From assembly GCA_964536485.1 (NCBI GenBank), contig CAZHXX010000001.1, forward strand, positions 149,643-213,642: a stretch of DNA of 64,000 bases, given 5' to 3'. Below the pieces are notes generated by a model, which searched no databases, was not told the origin of the DNA, and saw only the letters and a program-made list of their open reading frames with translations. Shown in pieces: positions 16,430 through 24,920 of the stretch. This DNA comes from an uncultured Candidatus Saccharibacteria bacterium (GTDB lineage: Bacteria; Patescibacteriota; Saccharimonadia; Saccharimonadales; SZUA-47). Position 1 is the stretch's first letter. Each line of letters starts with the position of its first letter. Both the position numbers and the translations under genes were made by a program.

Positions 16430-18094
16430 ATGGAGCTATTACAAAACGCAATACAAGAAGTAGTCGCAGAGATGTTTAGTGTTGAGCATCCTGTTCTTTT
16501 GACGGTGCCTGATGAACAGTTTGGAGACGCCTCTACAAATATTGCTTTGCAATTGTCCAAAGCTTTAGGCAAACCTCCGCGTGAGATTGCAGAAGAGCTT
16601 CTCCCTAAAATTACCGCCGTCCCAACAGTTGTGAGTTGTTCAGTTGCTGGTCCTGGGTTTATAAACTTGCGCATAAGTGATGAGTTCTTGGCGGTGTTAG
16701 CACGCCAGGCACCGAGAAAAATACATCAAGACAAAGTCATCGTTTGTGAGTATTCAGACCCAAACCCGTTCAAAGTCTTGCACGCAGGACATCTCTACAC
16801 AACGCTTGTTGGAGATGTGATTGGCAACTTGTATGAAGTAGCCGGAGGCATTGTCAAGCGAGTAAATTTTGGTGGAGATGTTGGCTTGCATGTAGCGCGC
16901 GCAATGTGGGCAATTATGCGAGCCATCGGTGAGCAAGACGTTGAAGCTTTCCTTGGCGCTGTCGAGGAGACAAAGCGGCCAAACTGGATTAGTGAGCGAT
17001 ATGTGGAAGGCAACACGGCTTATGAAGAAGACGAACATGCAAGGGCTGAAATTATTGCGCTAAATAAGAGTATCTATACGATACATGCAGAGACAGAGAA
17101 AACGTCACCTCTAGCCCGCGCCTATTGGACATGCAGACAATGGAGCTATGACGGGTTCGAAGTGTTGTATGAAAGACTTGGAGTTAAGAAGTTTGATAGG
17201 TATTATCCAGAGAGTGTAACGGCTGGGCAAGGCCTGCAGGCCGCCCATGAAGCCCTCCAAAATGGCGTACTGAGTGAGTCAGACGGAGCAGTCGTATTCA
17301 AGGGCGAAGAAGTTGGTCTGCATACGCGGGTCTTTATAAATAGTGAGGGCTTGCCAACTTACGAGTCAAAAGACTTGGGGCTTGCGCTTGCTAAGTGGCA
17401 GGATTATCACTTTGACCAGAGCGTTATGATTACCGGCAACGATATCGTTGAATATATGAAGGTAGTACAGGCTGTTGTTAAAAGTTTTGCACCAGAAATT
17501 GTTGAGCGGTCCAGACATCTTACTCACGGGATGATTAAGCTTGCAGGCGGTAAGAAAATGAGTAGCCGAAAAGGAAACGTCCTGCTTGCACAAGAGGTGA
17601 TTGACGTTGCTGAAGAAGCAAACAAAACTGCAACAGGTAAGGATGACATGTCGGTTGTGCTGGGTGCGATAAAATGGGCATTTTTAAAGAATCGTATTGG
17701 CGGAGACATTGTGTATAACCCAGAAGAATCGGTGAGTATTGTCGGGAACTCCGGGCCTTACCTACAGTACGCTCACGCACGCGCATGTTCTATTTTGCGC
17801 AAGACAAGTATTTCCGAAGTACCCTTAATTGAACTCGAAGAAGGGGAGCGTTCACTTCTACGAAAACTCTCTCACTATAGTGCGGTTATTGAGCAGGCAG
17901 TCGAAGAGCTCGCCCCGCACCTGGTCTGTACGTATCTCTATGAACTTGCCCAAACATTCAACAGTTTTTATGAGCACAACAGAGTTCTTGACGATCCACG
18001 ACAAGCGCTTCGTCTTGAACTTGTAAAGCTCTACAAGCAGACTCTTGCAAATGGCCTAGACATACTAGGCATCAAAGCCCCAGAACAGATGTAG
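16430..18094 (+). CDS. argS: arginine--tRNA ligase
   Basis: NPFKVLHAGHL (HIGH-type motif), MSSRKG, C-terminal DALR-type domain. TATAAT at 16415-16420 favours the ATG at 16430 over 16385. Confidence 0.93.
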   Translation: MELLQNAIQEVVAEMFSVEHPVLLTVPDEQFGDASTNIALQLSKALGKPPREIAEELLPKITAVPTVVSCSVAGPGFINLRISDEFLAVLARQAPRKIHQDKVIVCEYSDPNPFKVLHAGHLYTTLVGDVIGNLYEVAGGIVKRVNFGGDVGLHVARAMWAIMRAIGEQDVEAFLGAVEETKRPNWISERYVEGNTAYEEDEHARAEIIALNKSIYTIHAETEKTSPLARAYWTCRQWSYDGFEVLYERLGVKKFDRYYPESVTAGQGLQAAHEALQNGVLSESDGAVVFKGEEVGLHTRVFINSEGLPTYESKDLGLALAKWQDYHFDQSVMITGNDIVEYMKVVQAVVKSFAPEIVERSRHLTHGMIKLAGGKKMSSRKGNVLLAQEVIDVAEEANKTATGKDDMSVVLGAIKWAFLKNRIGGDIVYNPEESVSIVGNSGPYLQYAHARACSILRKTSISEVPLIELEEGERSLLRKLSHYSAVIEQAVEELAPHLVCTYLYELAQTFNSFYEHNRVLDDPRQALRLELVKLYKQTLANGLDILGIKAPEQM

Positions 18095-18155
18095 AACATT
18101 GACAAATCGTAAAAATTGTGTATAATACAAGTAAGTAATTATAAAAAAATAAAAA

Positions 18156-19127
18156 ATGATTAACTCAGATATTGCTCCATACCCAAAGCCTGAAACATCT
18201 GAGCACTCTGAAATAAGCAGTCTTGCCAGGGTTGTTGTAAGCGCAAGCAGTGGGAGTGATAGTACTGGGGTAGAGACATTGAGAAAAGCAATGTCGGAGA
18301 TACTGCCCTTGTTTGATCTTCCTGAAGCTGAATTTATGGGCGAAGAAAAAAGATATGTATCTAGTAGAGTCGAATTTCTGAGTGCTCAAAGTAGGGTGGA
18401 TTACATAGCTTATGAAACAAGTGTAGAAGAATTTATTAGTCCTACTACCGATATTGACGCACATTTTTCTGAAGGAATATTCGACTTACGGCCGTTTCGG
18501 CTCGATGATGCAGCTATGTATACTGGGCTATTACCAGCGCTTAAGACTAGGTACGCACGGTATCTAAAGGATGGTCGCAATCCCGAAGATGCTTTTTTCA
18601 CTGTAGCAGTACTAGGTGCGGAAGAAGTACAAAGAAGATATTTTGGTAATAAAATTGGTCAGCAAAATTCAGGGAAAATTGTTGATATACTTTCAGAAGA
18701 TATTGGCGACAATAGCCAACAAGAACCGTTTGTCTCAATTAGTGCGCTGAAAGACAGCCCTATGTGCTTACAGAGAGCGGTAGTTGAACATAATTTGCTC
18801 AAAGTTCTAGGAGTAGATTCTACTCTCACGAAAGGTACGTTAACTTTCCAATTAGAGGATAAAGAACCAAAAACTGAACACCATGCTTTTTTAATTGTAA
18901 ATAATGAAAATGGCGACCCAAGGATAATCGACCCACAGAATCCAATCTTGAAGAAGCGAATTGCTCAAGACGGCACAGTAAGTTTAATTGGAGCCTCAAC
19001 TCGATCTATACCGATTACACCAGGCAAAAACCACTATGAAAGTGTGGGGGTACACGAGGTGATAGTGGGGTCGGACGGGAGTGAGACGCGAAGCCAAGTA
19101 CGACTAAACTATGAATTAGTAGGGTAA
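18156..19127 (+). CDS. hypothetical protein with possible C-terminal transglutaminase/papain-like Cys-His-Asp core
   Basis: AT-rich ORF. SPMCLQRAVVEHNLLKVLGV...EHHAFLIV...RIIDPQN ordering resembles the transglutaminase-core C...H...D pattern. Confidence 0.6.
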   Translation: MINSDIAPYPKPETSEHSEISSLARVVVSASSGSDSTGVETLRKAMSEILPLFDLPEAEFMGEEKRYVSSRVEFLSAQSRVDYIAYETSVEEFISPTTDIDAHFSEGIFDLRPFRLDDAAMYTGLLPALKTRYARYLKDGRNPEDAFFTVAVLGAEEVQRRYFGNKIGQQNSGKIVDILSEDIGDNSQQEPFVSISALKDSPMCLQRAVVEHNLLKVLGVDSTLTKGTLTFQLEDKEPKTEHHAFLIVNNENGDPRIIDPQNPILKKRIAQDGTVSLIGASTRSIPITPGKNHYESVGVHEVIVGSDGSETRSQVRLNYELVG

Positions 19128-19201
19128 AAGAAAAACACTAACTTGTAGTTACATGCTATTACTGGCACAATAGAGCTATATTAAAATGTGGGAAAATTAA
19201 A

Positions 19202-20710
19202 ATGTCGCAACCGCAAAATGTTCTTCTGCTCTATCCGCACCAACTATATCCAATTGAGGAGCTTCCTCAAGATGTAGACCAGGTATTTGTTATTGAAGAT
19301 CCGCTGTTGTTTGGACGAGATCCGCAGTACCCACTGTATCTTCACAAACAAAAGTTGGTTCTGCACCGCGCGACTATGCGACGCTATGTAGAAGAAGTAC
19401 TATGGCCTGCTGGTTACCAAGTTGAGTACATTGAGTTTCATCACATGAATGAGACCGGCGATATCGTGAATAAGCTTACCCATGCAGCACGGGTTGAGTA
19501 CTTTGACCCAACTGATGATGTGCTGCAACGGCGTCTTAGTGTCGCCTTGAGCGGGCTTGAGCATCAGCCTGAGCTACGTCAAATAGAGTCACCAAACTTT
19601 TATCTGAGCGCAGACGAGGCACGGAGTTTTTTTGAAAAGAAAGACAAGGCTAATTTTACGGAGTTTTATCAGTGGCAACGAGAGCGCTTTAATATCCTTA
19701 TAAATCCCGATACCTATAAACCTATAGGGGGTAAGTTAAGTTTTGATACTGATAATCGTAAGCGCTTGCCAAAAGATCATGTCCTTCCGGGCCATGCAGT
19801 CTATGGTTCCAATGAGTTTGTCGAGGAAGCGATGCGTTATGTTTCCGAGCACTTCCCAGATAACCCGGGTAGTCTTGAAGATTTTCCATGGCCAACAAAC
19901 AGACACGAGTCGCTTACATGGCTTGATGAATTTTTAGATACCCGCCTAGATAACTTTGGACCATATGAAGACGCTATCGATGGAAGTGCACCTTGGGTGT
20001 ATCACAGCGCCCTAACACCTATGATGAACATTGGGCTTATAAGCCCAATAGAAGTAGTGACCAAGGCTATAGAGCGCCACCAGCATAAAGAAGTGCCTAT
20101 TGCTAGTCTTGAGGGTTTTGTGAGACAAATTCTTGGATGGCGAGAGTACATGCGTGGGCTCTACCTTAATCGTCACGTAGCACTGCGCACGACAAACGCC
20201 TTCGGTCATCAAAAGCACCTTACTAATGATTGGTACTACGGTACGACAGGGTTGCCGCCAGTGGATGATGTTATCAAGAAAACGCTTGCAAGGGGCTACG
20301 CGCACCATATCGAACGACTGATGATAATGGGGAATGTCATGTTCTTGTGTGAATTTAACCCCGAAGATGTCTACCGCTGGTTTATGGAAATGTATATCGA
20401 TGCCTACGACTGGGTAATGGTACCGAATGTTTACGGGATGAGTCAATATGCTGATGGTGGAAGTATGACAACGAAGCCATACGTCTCGAGCAGTAACTAT
20501 ATTTTGAGCATGAGTTGGTATGAACGTGGAGAATGGTGTGATGTATGGGATGGGTTGTATTGGGGCTTTATAGAGAAGAACAGAGAGCAATTTAGCCGTA
20601 ACCCCCGAATGCGAATGATGGTGCAACAGCTTGATAAGCTCAAAGAGGAGCGCAAGCGCATTATTAGCTACCGGGCGCAGGATTTTTTGAACGAAAAAAC
20701 ACAAGACTAA
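19202..20710 (+). CDS. cryptochrome/photolyase-related protein (COG3046-like)
   Basis: GGKLSFDTDNRKRLP, HHIERLMIMGN, DAYDWVMVPNVYGMSQYADGG, and NPRM near the C-terminus. Confidence 0.8.
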   Translation: MSQPQNVLLLYPHQLYPIEELPQDVDQVFVIEDPLLFGRDPQYPLYLHKQKLVLHRATMRRYVEEVLWPAGYQVEYIEFHHMNETGDIVNKLTHAARVEYFDPTDDVLQRRLSVALSGLEHQPELRQIESPNFYLSADEARSFFEKKDKANFTEFYQWQRERFNILINPDTYKPIGGKLSFDTDNRKRLPKDHVLPGHAVYGSNEFVEEAMRYVSEHFPDNPGSLEDFPWPTNRHESLTWLDEFLDTRLDNFGPYEDAIDGSAPWVYHSALTPMMNIGLISPIEVVTKAIERHQHKEVPIASLEGFVRQILGWREYMRGLYLNRHVALRTTNAFGHQKHLTNDWYYGTTGLPPVDDVIKKTLARGYAHHIERLMIMGNVMFLCEFNPEDVYRWFMEMYIDAYDWVMVPNVYGMSQYADGGSMTTKPYVSSSNYILSMSWYERGEWCDVWDGLYWGFIEKNREQFSRNPRMRMMVQQLDKLKEERKRIISYRAQDFLNEKTQD

Positions 20711-20780
20711 AAAACATTGTTGCGTTGTCGAGTCGTGTGGGTGTAATGTTTAAGTAATCACTTAAACATGAGGGGACACG

Positions 20781-21989
20781 ATGCTAAAGACTGCACACGC
20801 ACACATACAAAAGACAGGTGAAAAACTTGGGTTAAAAGCCGAAGAAATTGCAAAGCTCCTCGAAGTAGAAGCTGCACATGAATTTGAGATTGTACTTGAA
20901 AATGGCAAAAAGTTTAAAGCGTTTCGTATGCAACATTCAAGCGCACGTGGGCCATACAAGGGAGGAATTCGTTTTCATCCTGAGGTAAATCGGGATGAGG
21001 TCCAAGCCCTCGCGACACTGATGAGTTTTAAGACAGCTGCAGTTAACCTCCCGCTGGGCGGCGGGAAGGGTGGAGTGGTAGTTGACCCTAAGGAGCTAAA
21101 CGAAGCTGAGCTAGAAGAGCTCGCTCGGAAATATGTGCAGCACCTAGAAGAGCATATTGGTCCACAAAAGGATGTTCCCGCACCAGACGTGAATACCAAC
21201 CCCAAAATTATCGACTGGATGGTGCAAGAATATGCCGCCTTAACCGGCGACACAACAAATGCTACCTTTACAGGGAAGAGCATTGCGCATGGGGGAAGTG
21301 AAGGGAGAGACGCTGCAACTGGACGAGGCGGTGTGATTGTCCTTCGTACTTTACGAGAACTTGAAGATCTTGCAGATACTCCCCTGACATACGCGGTACA
21401 AGGCTATGGGAATGTTGGGTCGTTTTTTGGTGAAGTTGCTGAGCACGACCATCCAAACTGGAAACTCGTGGCTGCGACAGACTCTCGTGGGGGTGTTTAT
21501 GATACTAATGGGTTTTCTGCACAAAAACTTAGTGCTTGGAAGGCAAAGGGAGAGTCACTAAAAGACTTTACTCAGGGAACTGCTATTACCAATGAAGAGC
21601 TGTTAGCGCTCGATGTTGACGTACTCATTCTCGCGGCACTTGGGGGAGCTGTAGACGCAGAAAACCAAGCAGAGGTGAAGGCAAAATATATTATCGAGCT
21701 TGCAAACGGCCCAGTCGATAGCTCTGCAGAAGAATCACTCCAAGAGCGTGGGGTAGTTGTGGTCCCAGATATTTTGGCGAATGCTGGCGGTGTAACTGTA
21801 AGTTACCTGGAATGGCTACAAAACTTAGCAGAAGAGCATTGGGACTTGGCGACTGTCAATGAAAAGCTTGAAGGGTATCTTGTCCCGGCAACAAAAGATA
21901 TCTTTGAGCGAGCAAAAGTAGACTGCTCGAACTTAAAGGAGGCTGCTTTTGCCGTAGCAACTGAACGGCTCGTTTCGGCTTCAAAGTGA
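20781..21989 (+). CDS. gdhA: Glu/Leu/Phe/Val dehydrogenase (glutamate dehydrogenase-like)
   Basis: PYKGGIRFHP, LGGGKGG, GYGNVG Rossmann motif. Confidence 0.9.
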   Translation: MLKTAHAHIQKTGEKLGLKAEEIAKLLEVEAAHEFEIVLENGKKFKAFRMQHSSARGPYKGGIRFHPEVNRDEVQALATLMSFKTAAVNLPLGGGKGGVVVDPKELNEAELEELARKYVQHLEEHIGPQKDVPAPDVNTNPKIIDWMVQEYAALTGDTTNATFTGKSIAHGGSEGRDAATGRGGVIVLRTLRELEDLADTPLTYAVQGYGNVGSFFGEVAEHDHPNWKLVAATDSRGGVYDTNGFSAQKLSAWKAKGESLKDFTQGTAITNEELLALDVDVLILAALGGAVDAENQAEVKAKYIIELANGPVDSSAEESLQERGVVVVPDILANAGGVTVSYLEWLQNLAEEHWDLATVNEKLEGYLVPATKDIFERAKVDCSNLKEAAFAVATERLVSASK

Positions 21990-22055
21990 TAGACTCTTGC
22001 AGAATGAATATTTTCGTTATACGATTTAGGCATAACTAAAGGGAGAGTTCAAAAA

Positions 22056-22376
22056 ATGAACAAAATGATGAAAGAATTTATGGTATTTGTGCGTGAGCAA
22101 GGTGTTGTCGGCTTGGCAGTCGGTCTTGCAATTGGTGCAAGTGCAGGGGAAGCAGTGAAAGCAATTGTTGAAAACTTTATTAACCCACTTGTAGGACTTA
22201 TTCTCCAGGGGACAGATCTAACAAACATCAAGTCAACCGTTACAGTCAGTGGCGAAAAGTTGGTATTTGGTTGGGGCTTTATCTTGCAAGCTGTTATTAC
22301 CCTGCTTGCAACTGCTTTTGTTGTGTACTTTATTGTCGACAAAGCTGGTCTTACAAAAGTTGATAAGAAAAAATAG
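22056..22376 (+). CDS. mscL: large-conductance mechanosensitive channel
   Basis: KEFMVFVREQGVVGLAVGLAIGASAG...INPLVG. Confidence 0.9.
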   Translation: MNKMMKEFMVFVREQGVVGLAVGLAIGASAGEAVKAIVENFINPLVGLILQGTDLTNIKSTVTVSGEKLVFGWGFILQAVITLLATAFVVYFIVDKAGLTKVDKKK

Positions 22377-22396
22377 GTAAGTAGTTTTCGCAGATA

Positions 22397-22426
22397 AAAG
22401 GATTGCGTCTGCGCAGTCCTTTTTCT
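22397..22426 (+). terminator. rho-independent terminator after mscL
   Basis: AAAGGATTGCG-TCTG-CGCAGTCCTTT followed by TTTC. Confidence 0.6.
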
Positions 22427-22457
22427 TATGACGGGGCAAGATTGGTACACTATATGT

Positions 22458-22835
22458 ATGAAACAACGTAATCCAAAACTCACTGACGAACAAAAAGAGG
22501 TACTTTTTAATAAAGCGACTGAAGCACCATTTTCAGGGGCATTTTTACACAATGAAGAAGATGGAGAGTATGTTTGCGCAAATTGTGGGGCTGTGTTGTT
22601 TGGTGCTGAAACAAAGTTTGATTCAGGCTCTGGCTGGCCGAGCTTCTACGATGTGCGGGATGCAAAAGCAGTGAAACTTGTTGAGGATGCGTCTCATGGC
22701 ATGCAACGCATAGAAATTTCTTGTGCAGAGTGCGGAGGGCACTTAGGACACGTATTCCATGATGCGTATGACCAGCCGACTGGTATGCGCTTCTGTATCA
22801 ATTCGCTCTCACTAGACTTCAAAGAGCGTAAGTAA
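22458..22835 (+). CDS. msrB: peptide-methionine (R)-S-oxide reductase
   Basis: CANCG...GWPSF...CAECGGHLGHVF. Start moved to 22458 because TACACT lies at 22446-22451 and the terminator overlaps 22428. Confidence 0.9.
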   Translation: MKQRNPKLTDEQKEVLFNKATEAPFSGAFLHNEEDGEYVCANCGAVLFGAETKFDSGSGWPSFYDVRDAKAVKLVEDASHGMQRIEISCAECGGHLGHVFHDAYDQPTGMRFCINSLSLDFKERK

Positions 22836-22883
22836 GCTTGCAGACTCTGTCATAATAGAAGTGTAAGACTGGAGGTTTCTCTT

Positions 22884-23261
22884 ATGTACTACACACTCAC
22901 AAAGCAAACGCTCTCGTTTGTACTAGAAGGCACCGAGCAAGTCGCCGCATTACGCGCAAAGGTAAGTGTCGCAAAAGAAGACATCCTCTCGGTAGAATGG
23001 CGAGAGGTCTTTTCAGACTGGAGTAGTCTTACGATTCGTATGCCTGGCAGTTATATGCCACGCTGGATTATGGCAGGAAGCTATTGGAGTGAAGAAGGAT
23101 GGGATTTTGTGTATGCGCATAAACCGCGTGGGTTAGTGAAGCCACTACTTCATAAAGTAGTCGTTATTATTACCAAAAAGGAGAAATATCGACGGCTTAT
23201 TATCGAGAGCACGAAAGACAATGCGGACGAAATACGGGCGTGGTGGCAGGAAAAATCCTAG
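22884..23261 (+). CDS. hypothetical protein (125 aa)
   Basis: ORF with GGAGG upstream. No family recognised. Confidence 0.55.
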   Translation: MYYTLTKQTLSFVLEGTEQVAALRAKVSVAKEDILSVEWREVFSDWSSLTIRMPGSYMPRWIMAGSYWSEEGWDFVYAHKPRGLVKPLLHKVVVIITKKEKYRRLIIESTKDNADEIRAWWQEKS

Positions 23262-23296
23262 CTCAGAACAAGCAGTAAGGTATACTTGTAGGCAAG

Positions 23297-23860
23297 ATGG
23301 CAAAAGAAAAGTTTGTACCGACAAAGTTTTTGTGGATTGATTTAGAGATGACGGGGCTCGTTCCTGAGCTTGACGTTATATTGGAAGTTGCGGCTGAAGT
23401 AACTGATGCGAAGCTTGAAACAGTAGATTCTTACGAGTCACGCATTGGCTACCCGCGCGAGCAAGTGCTTAAACGCATGCAAGAAAATTCATGGTGGAAA
23501 GACTTCCCAGAAAATCGCGATGACTTTTTGCATAATTTAAGTGGAGCAAAGTCATTGGCCGCCGTAGAGAAAGAACTTATTGCGGTTATTGATCACAATT
23601 TTGGAAACGAGCCAGCAGTTTTGGCGGGAAACTCAATTCAGAGCGACCGAGCATTTATAAAAAAATGGATGCCGGAACTTGAGCTTCGCCTTCACTATAG
23701 AATGCTTGACGTTACTTCTTGGAAAATTGTCATGCAAACGCAATTTGGGGTTGAATTTGAAAAGCCTGAAATACATCGAGCGTTTGAAGATATTCAGGCG
23801 AGCATTGCTGAACTACAATATTATTTAGAATGGTTTAAAAAGCATGGCCATGACGCGTAA
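23297..23860 (+). CDS. orn: oligoribonuclease
   Basis: LWIDLEMTGL...ILEVAAEV...AGNSIQSDRAFI...HRAFEDI (DEDDh exonuclease). Confidence 0.88.
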   Translation: MAKEKFVPTKFLWIDLEMTGLVPELDVILEVAAEVTDAKLETVDSYESRIGYPREQVLKRMQENSWWKDFPENRDDFLHNLSGAKSLAAVEKELIAVIDHNFGNEPAVLAGNSIQSDRAFIKKWMPELELRLHYRMLDVTSWKIVMQTQFGVEFEKPEIHRAFEDIQASIAELQYYLEWFKKHGHDA

Positions 23861-24206
23861 AGAAGTGGAAGAGTATATTTTAAGTATGCCGAATTCACGG
23901 CTTGACTATCCTTTTGGCGAGGATGTTGCAGTCTACAAGGTGGCTGTTGATGATGAAGAAAAAATGTTCGCGCTCATAGCCGAGAAGAAGACACCGGTGA
24001 ATCTTAGCTTAAAGTGCGACCCGACGCTCGCTAAACTTCTGCGTGATAAGTATGAATCCGTTATGGAAGGGTACCATTTAAACAAAAAGCACTGGAATAC
24101 AATGCTTCTTACCGGCCAGCTTGACGACCAAGAAGTAAAAGACTTAATCGTACACTCCTACAATATGGTAATTGGCAACAAAGACCACGTCCCAAGTTTT
24201 AAGTAA
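23844..24206 (+). CDS. MmcQ/YjbR-family protein
   Basis: DYPFGEDVAVYKV...KMFALI...LKCDP...GYHLNKKHWNT. Confidence 0.8.
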   Translation: MAMTRKEVEEYILSMPNSRLDYPFGEDVAVYKVAVDDEEKMFALIAEKKTPVNLSLKCDPTLAKLLRDKYESVMEGYHLNKKHWNTMLLTGQLDDQEVKDLIVHSYNMVIGNKDHVPSFK

Positions 24207-24247
24207 AAACGACTTCTAAAGCGAGAGTAGTTTTGTATAAAGGTGCG

Positions 24248-24844
24248 TTACTGTTGTGTCGCTTCGTAGGTTTCAAGATTCTTGCTCGCACTATCGAGGA
24301 GGTCTTTTTCGGCCTTTGTTTCTACGTCTAGTTTGGCTGCCTTGAGTGATGCGTAGTAGTCGCCCGCAAGCGTGTTGACGGTCTTGAGAAAGACGGTGTC
24401 ATAAGAGCCATTTTGGAGCGCTGTCTCGAGTGACTTATCGGTCGCTGCATCCTTCTTAGATTCAAGAACTGCCTTTTCTATTTCCACACCACGCTTATCG
24501 AGTAGGCTTTTTAACGAAGTGCTATCACTTGCTAACGATAATTGCAGACTGGCGAGCGTGTTTTTGATGGCACTGCTGGAAACGTTTTTTAAGCCCGAAT
24601 CTAACACGCGTGAAAGTTCGGTCTGTTCTTGTCTGACAAGCACAAGATCGTCATTGCCAGCTTTGCCAATAGAGCTAATAAGAGAAAAACCAACAATAAG
24701 TACGATAATAACCCCCGCCACAAAACCTATACTGAGCAGGATCTTACTGCTATTGCTACGAGGTTGAAATTTTGAGGGTGATGGTTGTTTCCCCTGACCA
24801 AAAATGAACTCGTAAGGGTTGTCGTTATTTGGTTGCATAAGCAC
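24248..24844 (-). CDS. N-terminally membrane-anchored hypothetical protein
   Basis: Single TM (ILLSIGFVAGVIIVLIVGFSLI) followed by a helical ectodomain. Confidence 0.6.
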   Translation of the reverse strand: MLMQPNNDNPYEFIFGQGKQPSPSKFQPRSNSSKILLSIGFVAGVIIVLIVGFSLISSIGKAGNDDLVLVRQEQTELSRVLDSGLKNVSSSAIKNTLASLQLSLASDSTSLKSLLDKRGVEIEKAVLESKKDAATDKSLETALQNGSYDTVFLKTVNTLAGDYYASLKAAKLDVETKAEKDLLDSASKNLETYEATQQ

Positions 24845-24920
24845 TATTGTAGCAACAGAATGGCTTACCGAGAAGTTCTCATGCTTGATAGTTCATAGAC
24901 AATACTTGATACTGGTAGTT

